Positions 8,896-17,666 of a stretch of DNA of 64,000 bases are shown here, in pieces. This DNA comes from a virus. Made by a program: the position numbers and the translations under genes. Under the pieces are notes generated by a model. That model did no database searches and was not told where the DNA came from. It saw only the letters and a list, made by a program, of their open reading frames with translations. Each line of letters begins with the position of its first letter. Positions within the stretch are counted from its first letter, which is position 1. Where the stretch lies: positions 1-64,000 of IMG/VR virus record IMGVR_UViG_3300035698_010295; one strand, 5' to 3'.

Positions 8896-8964
8896 GTGTT
8901 TTGGGAAATTGTATTTGGTGCTATAGCTGTGTGGTTCATTATTTGGTTAATCGAACGACACTAA
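8896..8964 (+). CDS. Putative 22-aa membrane micropeptide MFWEIVFGAIAVWFIIWLIERH
   Basis: AGGTGA SD then GTG start; a single hydrophobic stretch; ends right before a terminator. Confidence 0.4.
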   Translation: MFWEIVFGAIAVWFIIWLIERH

Positions 8965-8967
8965 AAT

Positions 8968-9003
8968 GCCCTGTTAAGGCTTTGCCTTAGCAGGGCTTTT
9001 TTT
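8968..9003 (+). terminator. Intrinsic terminator
   Basis: GCCCTGTTAAGGC-TTT-GCCTTAGCAGGGC followed by T7. Confidence 0.85.
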
Positions 9004-9026
9004 GATTTATAAAATCTTGATTTATC

Positions 9027-9071
9027 TCCCTGTTAAGATATGTTCTAAAGTATCTTAACAGGGATTTTTTT
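9027..9071 (+). terminator. Second tandem intrinsic terminator
   Basis: TCCCTGTTAAGATA-N10-TATCTTAACAGGGA followed by T7. Confidence 0.75.
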
Positions 9072-9114
9072 GATTCTTGGACAGGCCTACACCTCAAAGT
9101 CTCGGGCCTGTCAA

Positions 9115-9186
9115 GGTGACTGCCGGAAGTCGAATCCGAATCCATGGAATCACAATCCATTGCTTTACCTATTAAGCTACAGTCAC
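9115..9186 (-). tRNA. tRNA-His (GTG)
   Basis: Cloverleaf: acceptor GTGACTG/CAGTCAC, D arm GCTT/AAGC, anticodon arm ATGGA-TTGTGAT-TCCAT, T loop TTCGACT, C73. CCA and G-1 are not encoded. Confidence 0.85.
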
Positions 9187-9188
9187 AA

Positions 9189-9261
9189 AGCCTCGGGCAG
9201 GATTCGAACCCACGAGGCATTCTATAGCGTATCAATAATGTGCGTCTACCGCCACCGAGGC
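9189..9261 (-). ncRNA. tRNA-like RNA or pseudo-tRNA
   Basis: Intact acceptor (GCCTCGG/CCGAGGC) and T arm (GTGGG-TTCGAAT-CCTGC); shortened D arm; 4-bp stem with a 15-nt loop in place of the anticodon arm. Confidence 0.65.
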
Positions 9262-9400
9262 ACAAAGCATCTTACGCTTAACTTTTCGCCCAAGTACACC
9301 AAATCAATTCTAAGGCCATCTAAGGCCAATGGGGGTAAGTATACCAATATAACATTAAAAGGCAACACACGGGAAGCCAGACACCTTTAAAGGCACCTGA

Positions 9401-9434
9401 GCACCCTTAAGGGGCACCCTTAAGGGGCACCCTT
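9401..9434. repeat. Tandem 13-mer GCACCCTTAAGGG (about 2.5 copies)
   Basis: Read directly; contains the palindrome CCCTTAAGGG. Confidence 0.85.
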
Positions 9435-9473
9435 TAAATGTGGGGACACATCATACAATTAGTTGTAAGGTCA

Positions 9474-9716
9474 TAAGCTCTTTGTTTGCAAAGGGTTACA
9501 ACCGAGATCACATTTGTAAGGCAACTGGCCGGTCCAAAATGGTAACTCGTTAACCTGTAACGAGTTAACCCCTTAACCGGGAGGAAGCTTACGTATTTAC
9601 TATTTTTTTAACCTAAAGTAACTAGTAAAAAAAAGATAGTAAAAAGTGCTATAGGAGTTATAGTTTTTCCCGTATTGTATGGTTATTAACCTAACCCGTT
9701 GCGGGGCAACGGGTTA
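9474..9716. promoter_or_regulatory. Three 25-bp palindromic sites (10-5-10 geometry)
   Basis: 9543-9567 TAACTCGTTA-ACCTG-TAACGAGTTA; 9692-9716 TAACCCGTTG-CGGGG-CAACGGGTTA; degenerate copy at 9474-9498. Confidence 0.55.
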
Positions 9717-9902
9717 ATCCTTACTGTCCCCTACAACTTGCCCAATTTCCGTGCGGATAAGTTTTAAAATAGGCTCAAAAGACTCCGTCCTATGGAGATT
9801 ACCTCGGTAGCCACGTAACTCAAGGCCGGTACACCCAGCCACTAACTTATAACCAAGACCATTACATGCTAATTTAAGAGCTTTAATAATTTCTTTGTGC
9901 AC
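9714..9902 (-). CDS. Hypothetical protein
   Basis: 62-aa ORF overlapping the end of the nuclease gene. Confidence 0.45.
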   Translation of the reverse strand: MHKEIIKALKLACNGLGYKLVAGCTGLELRGYRGNLHRTESFEPILKLIRTEIGQVVGDSKD

Positions 9903-10737
9903 TAGTTAACTCTCTAAAAATGGGGTCTGTATTCATCTTAGCAAGTCGATTTAACCGATCAAGGTCCCAAGCATTTGGGTTGCTAACCCTTTTCCATAGT
10001 GCAGCATACTCAGCATGTAAATTCTGTTGCCAGACAACAGAAGTCACACCAGCATGAATCGCTACACGCGGCGTCTTACCCCAGGCAATCTGATGAATAA
10101 CCTGTAAAGCACGGTGACCTACTGGCAATCCTAAAAGCCACCCATAAACGGTGCTCTGTACTGCCCACGGGGAATCTGTCTCAAACGAAACAGATGCCTT
10201 GTGACCATAGTGATCAACTGGAAAAATAGACTTATGGTGCAGACGTCCTGGGTAAACGTCAACATACCCCGCCTTAGGCGAAGCTTTAGAATAAAATCCA
10301 TTAACCTTCCAATCTAAGATAATCTGTAGGTCACCGCTACAAAAGAGTAGATCAGGAATACCACAAATGGGAACGTCTTCGACGATCCTAATGACACGTT
10401 CTTCCATTTGTATTGTCGAAGACACACCCAGCAAAACCATTAAATCCTGGAGGGCACCACTTGATTTATAAAAATTAAAGACCGTAAGACCATCAACACG
10501 TGCTAAGGCACGATTTTGTGGTTCTACCTGTGCTTTAAACAAACGTTCAAACTCAAAAGCGGGAAACCCGAACGCTTTTCCAATATAAGATTTAACATAA
10601 GCATCAAAAGCAGAACCAACAGCCATTGGTACTGTTTGTGCCAACCTAGGTGGTCGCTCAATAGCCATATATTTCTCAAAAAAAGCATCTTCATCCTGAC
10701 GATATGTCGCTATACTCGACGGGGAAAGATATTCCAT
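9883..10737 (-). CDS. PD-(D/E)XK nuclease (RecB/Cas4-like exonuclease)
   Basis: LSPSSIATY, GSAFD, GIPDLL...ILDWK and QSTVY motifs. Confidence 0.8.
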   Translation of the reverse strand: MEYLSPSSIATYRQDEDAFFEKYMAIERPPRLAQTVPMAVGSAFDAYVKSYIGKAFGFPAFEFERLFKAQVEPQNRALARVDGLTVFNFYKSSGALQDLMVLLGVSSTIQMEERVIRIVEDVPICGIPDLLFCSGDLQIILDWKVNGFYSKASPKAGYVDVYPGRLHHKSIFPVDHYGHKASVSFETDSPWAVQSTVYGWLLGLPVGHRALQVIHQIAWGKTPRVAIHAGVTSVVWQQNLHAEYAALWKRVSNPNAWDLDRLNRLAKMNTDPIFRELTSAQRNY

Positions 10738-10972
10738 TATTACCTCTATTCTTCAGTTCGGTATTTATTTCGTTGATAGTAAATTTTTCATAATTTTCCA
10801 AACCATTGAATAAAGCATTTATAATAACCTGATACTCTTCATTACTGAGGGCGTTTAATTTAAATTCACCTTTTAAGGTGCCAGAATCAATCGTAACTAA
10901 TACACTACCAGACTCCAAAGCTTTTAAAGACTTAATCAAACCCATGTGCCGCTCATAAAGTAAATCTAACAT
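10691..10972 (-). CDS. Hypothetical protein
   Basis: AGGAG SD; ORF lies within the operon. Confidence 0.6.
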   Translation of the reverse strand: MLDLLYERHMGLIKSLKALESGSVLVTIDSGTLKGEFKLNALSNEEYQVIINALFNGLENYEKFTINEINTELKNRGNNGISFPVEYSDISSG

Positions 10973-10981
10973 TAGTACTCC

Positions 10982-11935
10982 TTAACGATAGTATTGTGCC
11001 GATTGAGGGATGCCATCAGCTGAAAGCCCCCAATACTTAAAAGTAACACTCTCACCACATTGAAACATTTTATTGTAAATTCCCGGCTGTACATCAGAAC
11101 CACAATCACAAAACCTAAAAGCTGACCCACCTTCAAAAGTAACTAAAATTCGTTCTGAGTCAGTAAAACCTCCTATTCTAAGTATATGACTGTTCCATAG
11201 TACTAAAAGGGAACCCATCAAACCTTCAAATTTACCTTCACCCCAAGTATAACCAACAATAAGACCCTCAGCATCATTAAACAACTTATGCTTAAGCAAA
11301 GTGTTCACCCTTAAAGGCTGCCAGAGACTATACTTAGAGCGATACATTATACCCTCTTCATCAGGGATATCATCTAAACAGGGTGCGGGCAGTTCACTTT
11401 GTGGTAACAACCTTCCGTAGGTACCTAAATCAAGCTCACGCAAAAATTCTAGGGCACTAAAAAAGTGTGTGGTTCGCGGTAAAGTATTACCATTATACTT
11501 TATATCCTTAAAAGTAGTTTTCCAATTAGGATTCCTTAAATCGCCATCCATAAATACTGACCCAAGCGGTGGGGAATCAAAGACCCAAAAAAGCACCCCG
11601 CCCCAACGATCATCAGCGACCCGTCGTGATACTATAGAACGTAGTTCGGCACGTGACGATTTCCCCAGGTATAGTTCACCATCCAAAGGCCATGGTGGCA
11701 AGGTATCTAGCCACCAGTCGGGAGCAAAAATAACCTTCCCATATCTGCTATAAAGACCGGTCGCCACACCGCCAGATTTAAGTGTGTTGCACCACGCCAC
11801 ATCCTTTGCAGGTTGTCCACGTGATATGCCACCATCCCAAAAAGCACGCTGACCATCTATTTTAATACTCCAGAGGTAAGAATCTAAGTGGTGATCTTTG
11901 AAATCCTTTGCTAGCATGAGAAATTCTCTGTTCAT
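10982..11935 (-). CDS. ATP-dependent DNA ligase
   Basis: Motif I KIDG, III LDGELY, IIIa VFD, IV EGIMYR, V LLKHK, and a C-terminal OB fold. Confidence 0.92.
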   Translation of the reverse strand: MNREFLMLAKDFKDHHLDSYLWSIKIDGQRAFWDGGISRGQPAKDVAWCNTLKSGGVATGLYSRYGKVIFAPDWWLDTLPPWPLDGELYLGKSSRAELRSIVSRRVADDRWGGVLFWVFDSPPLGSVFMDGDLRNPNWKTTFKDIKYNGNTLPRTTHFFSALEFLRELDLGTYGRLLPQSELPAPCLDDIPDEEGIMYRSKYSLWQPLRVNTLLKHKLFNDAEGLIVGYTWGEGKFEGLMGSLLVLWNSHILRIGGFTDSERILVTFEGGSAFRFCDCGSDVQPGIYNKMFQCGESVTFKYWGLSADGIPQSAQYYR

Positions 11936-12390
11936 GATGACTCCTTTAAAATACTTTTAACCTCGCGATTGGATTTAATAATAGCACAATCACTAAGTCT
12001 TAAAAGTGTATCTTCTAATTTCAAGTAATAAACATCATTACCACTTATGAAAAAAGTACCCTGTTTAAGTTGTGAAGAGTCCATATAATGGATAAATTTA
12101 ACTTTTCTCACAACAGCTTCACTATAAAAATTAACTTTTATACCATCTGAGTTAACAGCTAGATCACCATTATATTTAATGAAAGTGCTAAAGCCAAATT
12201 TAAACACATCCCCGCCAGTTAAGTCACCAAACACAAGTCTAAAAGGATTATTAATTAAAGTAACATCATCATCAACAAGAAAAATCGCAAGTGCACCATC
12301 ACCCAAATTAATAGCACCATACTTACCTTTAAAATACGTTGTACGCCTACACTCAAACATATTACCAGGCTCTAAATCTTTATATTTCAT
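11932..12390 (-). CDS. Hypothetical protein with three ~50-aa internal repeats (paralog A)
   Basis: Repeated (Y/F)xD(L/I)xxGxxF...(Y/F)xK units. Confidence 0.7.
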   Translation of the reverse strand: MKYKDLEPGNMFECRRTTYFKGKYGAINLGDGALAIFLVDDDVTLINNPFRLVFGDLTGGDVFKFGFSTFIKYNGDLAVNSDGIKVNFYSEAVVRKVKFIHYMDSSQLKQGTFFISGNDVYYLKLEDTLLRLSDCAIIKSNREVKSILKESS

Positions 12391-12836
12391 GGCAATTCCT
12401 TTAGTGTTACATTTTTAATAATTTTACTTGTTAAGGCACCATCACTAAGGCTTAAACATACATCGTCAAGTTTGAGATAAGTATCAGTTCCAGCTTTAAA
12501 AAATCGACCCTGTTTAATATCAGAGGAATCACAACGGTCAGAAAAACACAAAGTGATTTTTATTACAGGTGCACTTTCAGTTATAAACCCTCCACCAGCC
12601 CCAGAGTAAGCAAAACCATCCAAACCTTTAATATACTGAGTACCTCGAAATTCAAACGCGTCCCCACCATTCAAGGAACCAAATGTAGTTATAAAAGGAT
12701 TTTCTATTGGAGTTACATCACCACTCGGAGGTATAATAAAAACATCAACCAGTGAAAAGGCACCACTCACAGTTTTAAGGCACTTTACACCTTTAAACAT
12801 AAACATAGCCCCAATCTTTATGTCACTATATTTCAT
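12387..12836 (-). CDS. Hypothetical protein with three ~50-aa internal repeats (paralog B)
   Basis: Colinear similarity to 11932..12390 (NPF, GGD.F, KQG.FF, YLKL). Confidence 0.7.
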   Translation of the reverse strand: MKYSDIKIGAMFMFKGVKCLKTVSGAFSLVDVFIIPPSGDVTPIENPFITTFGSLNGGDAFEFRGTQYIKGLDGFAYSGAGGGFITESAPVIKITLCFSDRCDSSDIKQGRFFKAGTDTYLKLDDVCLSLSDGALTSKIIKNVTLKELP

Positions 12837-12988
12837 AATTCATCCTTTAAATAACCCGTAAGTTGTCTCTTGTTATTTTTCCACTTAACTAATCTCAAAA
12901 GCAATCCACAATTAGGACATTCTTTAAACACATTGTCTTTATCCACAATTGTAGTCTCCTTACCACAGTTAGGACAAAATACTTTCAT
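12833..12988 (-). CDS. Zinc-ribbon protein (51 aa)
   Basis: Manual translation MKVFCPNCGKETTIVDKDNVFKECPNCG...; ATGA overlaps at both ends. Confidence 0.7.
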   Translation of the reverse strand: MKVFCPNCGKETTIVDKDNVFKECPNCGLLLRLVKWKNNKRQLTGYLKDEL

Positions 12989-13590
12989 TTAAATCTCCTT
13001 TTAATAAGTTCAATTGCGTGATGGTATTGACTATCCTTATTATATTTAGCATTTACAGCCTTAGTAAAATTTGTTAAATCACTAATAGAACAACCAGCCT
13101 TAATTTTTATACCTCCACCCTTAACACGATAAACATAAATCACTCTACCACACACACCAAGAGGCCCAATAAAGAGATAATCATTTTTAGTTTTAATTCT
13201 AGCCTCATTACCTATCCTACTACCCCCTAATATTTGAGCATAAATAATGGCTTTAGCACCAATAATAACACTCCTACCTATGAGAACACCTTGTTTAATT
13301 TTAGTGGAATGATCTATTTCAGTATCAGATCCAATATGGACATTCTTTTCAAGGGTAACATTATCCCAAAGAGCAACCTGATCACCAATAAAAACACCCT
13401 GTTGCAATCTGACTTTCCTACTAATGAAGACTTCTTCACCAATAATAACATCATCATCAATAATAGCACCATCCAGAATGCAAGTTACCTTACCAATAGT
13501 AACATAGTCACCAATAGTAACACCCCTACCAATAGTAGCACCTTTGCCAATAGTAGCACCTTTGCCAATAGTAGCACTTTTACTAATCAT
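12985..13590 (-). CDS. Hexapeptide-repeat (left-handed beta-helix) protein
   Basis: ATIGKG/VTIGDY/VIIGEE repeats; SD and an ATGA overlap support a start at 13590. Confidence 0.85.
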   Translation of the reverse strand: MISKSATIGKGATIGKGATIGRGVTIGDYVTIGKVTCILDGAIIDDDVIIGEEVFISRKVRLQQGVFIGDQVALWDNVTLEKNVHIGSDTEIDHSTKIKQGVLIGRSVIIGAKAIIYAQILGGSRIGNEARIKTKNDYLFIGPLGVCGRVIYVYRVKGGGIKIKAGCSISDLTNFTKAVNAKYNKDSQYHHAIELIKRRFK

Positions 13591-14042
13591 GGTACTAAAC
13601 ACCCTCCTTCTGGCCATACAGACCATGGCCTGTTAAAAAGCGTACCTTTAGTGTACGTAACACTTGAGTCTCTGTATAAAACATTGTGACCATCATTGTG
13701 TACTCTTTGTGATTGTAAATAAGCTAGCGGCATACGTCCCCAAACTATGTTATGATCCCCTGGGCAACACCTAAGACCATTATAAGGCTCTAGCTTATCA
13801 AAATTTGTAAACAAAAAATTAGCATGTGATCTATTAAAACATTTAGATTCAACACTAAGTTCTTTGAAAATATAACCTCTGTAGCTAGTTCTCAAACTAG
13901 TCTTACATATTTTGAATCCACTATTTGTTCTTGCATGCCGTAGGCAGGGCACTAGTATCGACACCCCCAGACCTACTATCCCCATCACTAGTACTAGTTC
14001 CAACAAAGTAAAGGCACTTTTTCGCTCTTGTGTATGCCACAT
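13587..14042 (-). CDS. Prepilin-type N-terminal cleavage/methylation protein with an H-X9-D motif (DUF1559-like)
   Basis: RKSAFTLLELVLVMGIVGLGVSILVPCLRHAR at the N-terminus; HNDGHNVLYRDSSV near the C-terminus. Confidence 0.75.
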   Translation of the reverse strand: MWHTQERKSAFTLLELVLVMGIVGLGVSILVPCLRHARTNSGFKICKTSLRTSYRGYIFKELSVESKCFNRSHANFLFTNFDKLEPYNGLRCCPGDHNIVWGRMPLAYLQSQRVHNDGHNVLYRDSSVTYTKGTLFNRPWSVWPEGGCLVP

Positions 14043-15321
14043 ATTTAATGTTTTCTTCCTGGGGGCCACCCAAAGGATGCGGCATGAGGTCAGGCCGCAA
14101 AATCCAAACCACATTACACTCTAAACCCTTAGCCTTGTGCACCGTGCTAAAAGTGATAGTAAGATCATCCGATGTATCACTAAACAAATCTTCAATCCTA
14201 GCGTAGATAGCATCAAGTGTATCGCAACCTTCAGCTAATACTTTGACAGTTTCGATTTTATCATTGAGAACAAGTGCCTTTTCGGGATCACGTGGTAAGG
14301 TAATGTTATCTAAGCAAGTAAGTAAACACTCAATATCAGAAGAATTTAAATCCTTTATAAAAGCACTAAGACCATCACCTATATCACGCCCTCGAACCTT
14401 AGCGGGGACCCCTAATCTTATCTGATCTAGGCAAGCTCCAATTAAAGGTGCTGTTGTACGACATAGGACAAACTCCCCTACTTTTGGGTCAAAAGGTCGA
14501 GTCTCTATAGTACCTTCTTCCTGAGACTCAAAAGGCTCTATCTCAGGTACAAACTGCTTAACGTACTCTACGATAGATTTAGGACATCTATAACATATAC
14601 TTAAGGGTAGCTTAGTAGCCTTAAAAATGCGTTCTGCGGACTCCATAGCCTTAGTGTCGGCTCCCCGGAAAGCATAGATAGCCTGCTTAGTATCACCAAC
14701 AAGGATGCAGCGACCACCTAATCTATATACAAAATCTATTTGTACCGGCGATAAATCCTGTGATTCATCAACGAAAACAAAATCATACTGTGGGAAAGTT
14801 AGACTTTTATATATAGGCTGCCAAACCATATCATCGAAATCTATAGTTTGCTTTTTTAACAGTGCATCCCAAAGTGGGCGTCCGTGTGACCAATCATCAC
14901 ACTTAATATTGTATGCATCAGCAATTTCTTCAGGATCACGCCACGCAAGATATCCTAAACTCTTCATTAAAGAGATCATTTTAATATAAGCATTAACATT
15001 CTTTTTAATACCTAAATCATAATAGAGTGTAGTGAACACTTTATTTTGTTTAACAAAGACTTTTCTTTCATTACGGATAATCTGCAAACCTAAACTGTGT
15101 ATTGTTCTAGCTTCTGCTCCTAATGGTACTATATCAGCTAGATTATCAGCAATATGTTTGTTGAACGCTATGAAAATACACCTAGCACTACTAGGGACGT
15201 AATTCATAGCATCAAGTATGGTGGTAGTCTTACCACTACCAGCGACAGCTTCAATAATGGCGTTGCCGGTGCTGTTTTTAACAAAATCATAAATTGCTAG
15301 TTGATACTTGCTTGGCTTCAT
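13921..15321 (-). CDS. UvrD/Rep-like superfamily 1 helicase
   Basis: AVAGSGKT, DESQD, GDTKQAIYAFRGA, YRC, TVHKAKGLE, YVAYTRAK. Confidence 0.95.
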   Translation of the reverse strand: MKPSKYQLAIYDFVKNSTGNAIIEAVAGSGKTTTILDAMNYVPSSARCIFIAFNKHIADNLADIVPLGAEARTIHSLGLQIIRNERKVFVKQNKVFTTLYYDLGIKKNVNAYIKMISLMKSLGYLAWRDPEEIADAYNIKCDDWSHGRPLWDALLKKQTIDFDDMVWQPIYKSLTFPQYDFVFVDESQDLSPVQIDFVYRLGGRCILVGDTKQAIYAFRGADTKAMESAERIFKATKLPLSICYRCPKSIVEYVKQFVPEIEPFESQEEGTIETRPFDPKVGEFVLCRTTAPLIGACLDQIRLGVPAKVRGRDIGDGLSAFIKDLNSSDIECLLTCLDNITLPRDPEKALVLNDKIETVKVLAEGCDTLDAIYARIEDLFSDTSDDLTITFSTVHKAKGLECNVVWILRPDLMPHPLGGPQEENIKYVAYTRAKKCLYFVGTSTSDGDSRSGGVDTSALPTACKNK

Positions 15322-15539
15322 TTTATCTCCATAGTTGTATATGTTGACCCATTAAATTCTCTAGTGACCATTGCAAATTTAAGGTGCGGGAACATCATAG
15401 TCAACCAATTCAGTAGAGCAACATTGCTTCTGCAACGTCCGCGAACGTGTTTCATTAACTTAACTAGTACCTTCATTTGTTCAACATTGATCTCGCCAAA
15501 AGCATCATTAAACTCTATTGGGTTTTCAACCTTAATCAT
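15318..15539 (-). CDS. Hypothetical protein
   Basis: Translationally coupled small ORF. Confidence 0.55.
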   Translation of the reverse strand: MIKVENPIEFNDAFGEINVEQMKVLVKLMKHVRGRCRSNVALLNWLTMMFPHLKFAMVTREFNGSTYTTMEIK

Positions 15540-15742
15540 ACTTTAAACCCTTTCTCTCTAGCTATTGCTTTAAGAGACTCTAAAAAAGTTCTCTTTAAAT
15601 CACACATTACCTTCAGAACCAATATGTCAGTTGCATTCGTAGCAATTGGTTCAAACTCATCCCACATCTCATTAAGCTTGTCATTGAGCTTATTTATTAA
15701 TACTAATTTTCCAATGGTTGGATCATAATTAACACCCTTCAA
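15536..15742 (-). CDS. Hypothetical protein
   Basis: Translationally coupled small ORF. Confidence 0.55.
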   Translation of the reverse strand: MKGVNYDPTIGKLVLINKLNDKLNEMWDEFEPIATNATDILVLKVMCDLKRTFLESLKAIAREKGFKV

Positions 15743-15962
15743 TGTTGTTAATAACTTCTTGAATCATTGCACCAGCATGAAAAAGTAACCTATCACCTTG
15801 CTCAAGCGATTTTAGTATTGATCTCAAGTTCTCAAGATCAGTTGCACGTTTATAAGTAAAGCCTGTGACATTAACTTCACTGCCGCAGTGTATGCAAACT
15901 GGTTTAACTACAACAGAATTACGATCACATTTTTTACAATAGTAACTGTTCATCCTTGCCAT
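15729..15962 (-). CDS. Zinc-finger hypothetical protein
   Basis: CKKC...CIHC. Confidence 0.6.
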   Translation of the reverse strand: MARMNSYYCKKCDRNSVVVKPVCIHCGSEVNVTGFTYKRATDLENLRSILKSLEQGDRLLFHAGAMIQEVINNIEGC

Positions 15963-16189
15963 CCAAATCCTATAGCTAGTGTTTCGGCCATATCAAGTAC
16001 AAAGTTATTTGTAATTGTCCATTTACCTCTGAATTTGATTCGATGAATCCCATCAAACCTATCAAAAAGAATAGGACCTTCCGGGGTAAAGAAGTAATCA
16101 AACTTCCATTCTTTATTTTTTACTAACCAGTGTTTGAAAAAGTCTTTAGCGGCTCGTGGACAGAAGCAAGTCATTCTAACTGGTTGCAT
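15950..16189 (-). CDS. Hypothetical protein
   Basis: AAGGA SD; ORF lies within the operon. Confidence 0.55.
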   Translation of the reverse strand: MQPVRMTCFCPRAAKDFFKHWLVKNKEWKFDYFFTPEGPILFDRFDGIHRIKFRGKWTITNNFVLDMAETLAIGFGWQG

Positions 16190-16201
16190 AATATTTCCTT
16201 T

Positions 16202-16633
16202 TTAAGAAAATTGGCTCACGTATATTAAATCTTCATAATATTTATAAAGATGGTACCAATCTTGCGTAAAGCTATTGGCTACACGATCACCATAAATAAT
16301 TTCAGTGGCACCAACCTGTATAATACCCCGCAAACAATCAGGGCAAGGTGGTCCTGTGACATAGAATATTGATTTCTTAAGCGATATACCTATTCTAGCA
16401 GCATTATAAATAGCATTACGCTCTGCATGCTCCATGTGTAAGTATTTTTCTGGTCTGGTTTGTGGTATCTTTGAATCTAGTGCACCACGTACAGGGCCAT
16501 TATAACCTATACTTAGAACTTCACTTTCCTCACCAATAACTACACACCCATGATGCGTACTTTCGTCTTTTGAAAGCTCGGCTATTTTAAAAGCCAGTTC
16601 CATGTAAATTTTATCCTTCTGCATATCGCTCAT
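16202..16633 (-). CDS. dCMP deaminase
   Basis: GYNG, HAERNA and PCPDC zinc motifs; SD supports a start at MSDMQK. Confidence 0.92.
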   Translation of the reverse strand: MSDMQKDKIYMELAFKIAELSKDESTHHGCVVIGEESEVLSIGYNGPVRGALDSKIPQTRPEKYLHMEHAERNAIYNAARIGISLKKSIFYVTGPPCPDCLRGIIQVGATEIIYGDRVANSFTQDWYHLYKYYEDLIYVSQFS

Positions 16634-16982
16634 GCCATGCTCTCCTTGATACCTCGATAATTGCGTTTGGGTATTTTTCACAAGCTGCTAGATATTTTTT
16701 CAACCAAGGTAAGAAATCATTATAGCTTCCCCAACCATTGTCTGGATTGAAACTTATGTAGTACTTTGGATCAGCTTCCATTGCCTGAATACCGGCTTTT
16801 AAAGGACCAATGATTTGGCTGGCTTTGGTAATGTCTAGTTCTTCAGGTCGCCAGATGATTTTATAAATCTTGGCTTCATCTGCCATGGGTGTTAAGTTGT
16901 GTGTCAGACCAGAATCAAAGACCTTATCAGATCGTCCGCAACACTCACAAAAATTGTCTTTCAAGTGCACATTTAAACCCAT
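16611..16982 (-). CDS. Hypothetical phage protein
   Basis: 123 aa; THNLTPMA...NPDNGWG; coupled to its neighbours. Confidence 0.65.
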   Translation of the reverse strand: MGLNVHLKDNFCECCGRSDKVFDSGLTHNLTPMADEAKIYKIIWRPEELDITKASQIIGPLKAGIQAMEADPKYYISFNPDNGWGSYNDFLPWLKKYLAACEKYPNAIIEVSRRAWHERYAEG

Positions 16983-17170
16983 TAGTCTACCCTCACAATC
17001 TTGTCATTCTTCATGTGTACAGTAGCATACCAAGATCTTTTTTCATTAGTAACATTAAAATAACCATTAGCATTATACTCTGGACCAAAGAAACTAGTTT
17101 CTTGAAACTTTAGTTTTTGTCCAAGGGCTGCTTTTAGGTCTTTTTTGTATTGGTACTGTACTATAATCAC
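16982..17170 (-). CDS. Hypothetical protein
   Basis: 62-aa ORF, coupled by overlap. Confidence 0.55.
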   Translation of the reverse strand: MIIVQYQYKKDLKAALGQKLKFQETSFFGPEYNANGYFNVTNEKRSWYATVHMKNDKIVRVD

Positions 17171-17666
17171 AATATTTTCTCCTTATAATTGTTTTGATTC
17201 GATGGATCCACTGATGTGTGTATAGTAATAACTCACCTATTTGACGATCATTATACCCTTGTAAACTCATTAATAAAACAGTAAATTCTATTGGATTTAA
17301 ATGCAACTGATTGATTGTTTCAATTATTTCTAAGTAACTTTTATCTTTGTAATATGGTTCAATATTTTTTGTTGGTCTATAATTAAAGTCACCATTAGTT
17401 AATTTCTTTTTTAATGTGTTAGGTGCTAAGGGTATTGTTCTATCAAATGCCCAATAATTAACACAAACACGTCTTATAATGTAAACTAAATATGCTTTTC
17501 TTTTTTGATCTGTAAAATCTATTAATTCATCTATATTTTCACATAATGCTAATAATGACTCTGACTCTAAATCTTGTTTATTATATGGATATTTGTCAGC
17601 AAATCTTTTACTCAACATTATAACAAATGGTTTATATTCTTCTATTAACTCATTTTTTGATCTCAT
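17094..17666 (-). CDS. Sigma70-family sigma-factor-like protein
   Basis: Region-2-like 'ELIEEYKPFV...DLESESLLAL' and region-4-like HTH 'GYNDRQIGELL'; AAGGAG SD. Confidence 0.7.
   Translation of the reverse strand: MRSKNELIEEYKPFVIMLSKRFADKYPYNKQDLESESLLALCENIDELIDFTDQKRKAYLVYIIRRVCVNYWAFDRTIPLAPNTLKKKLTNGDFNYRPTKNIEPYYKDKSYLEIIETINQLHLNPIEFTVLLMSLQGYNDRQIGELLLYTHQWIHRIKTIIRRKYCDYSTVPIQKRPKSSPWTKTKVSRN

Noticed and set aside
8987-9390. ORFs 8987..9265(-) and 9070..9390(+)
   Set aside because: They overlap tRNA genes and terminators and have no protein-like motifs.
9883-10737. Cas4 as part of a CRISPR system
   Set aside because: No Fe-S cysteine cluster, cas operon or array; an ordinary phage PD-(D/E)XK exonuclease is sufficient.
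13234-13689. 151-aa Asn/Ser/Thr-rich plus-strand ORF
   Set aside because: Antisense shadow of the hexapeptide-repeat gene; the 18-bp DNA repeats are explained by the ATIGKG repeats.
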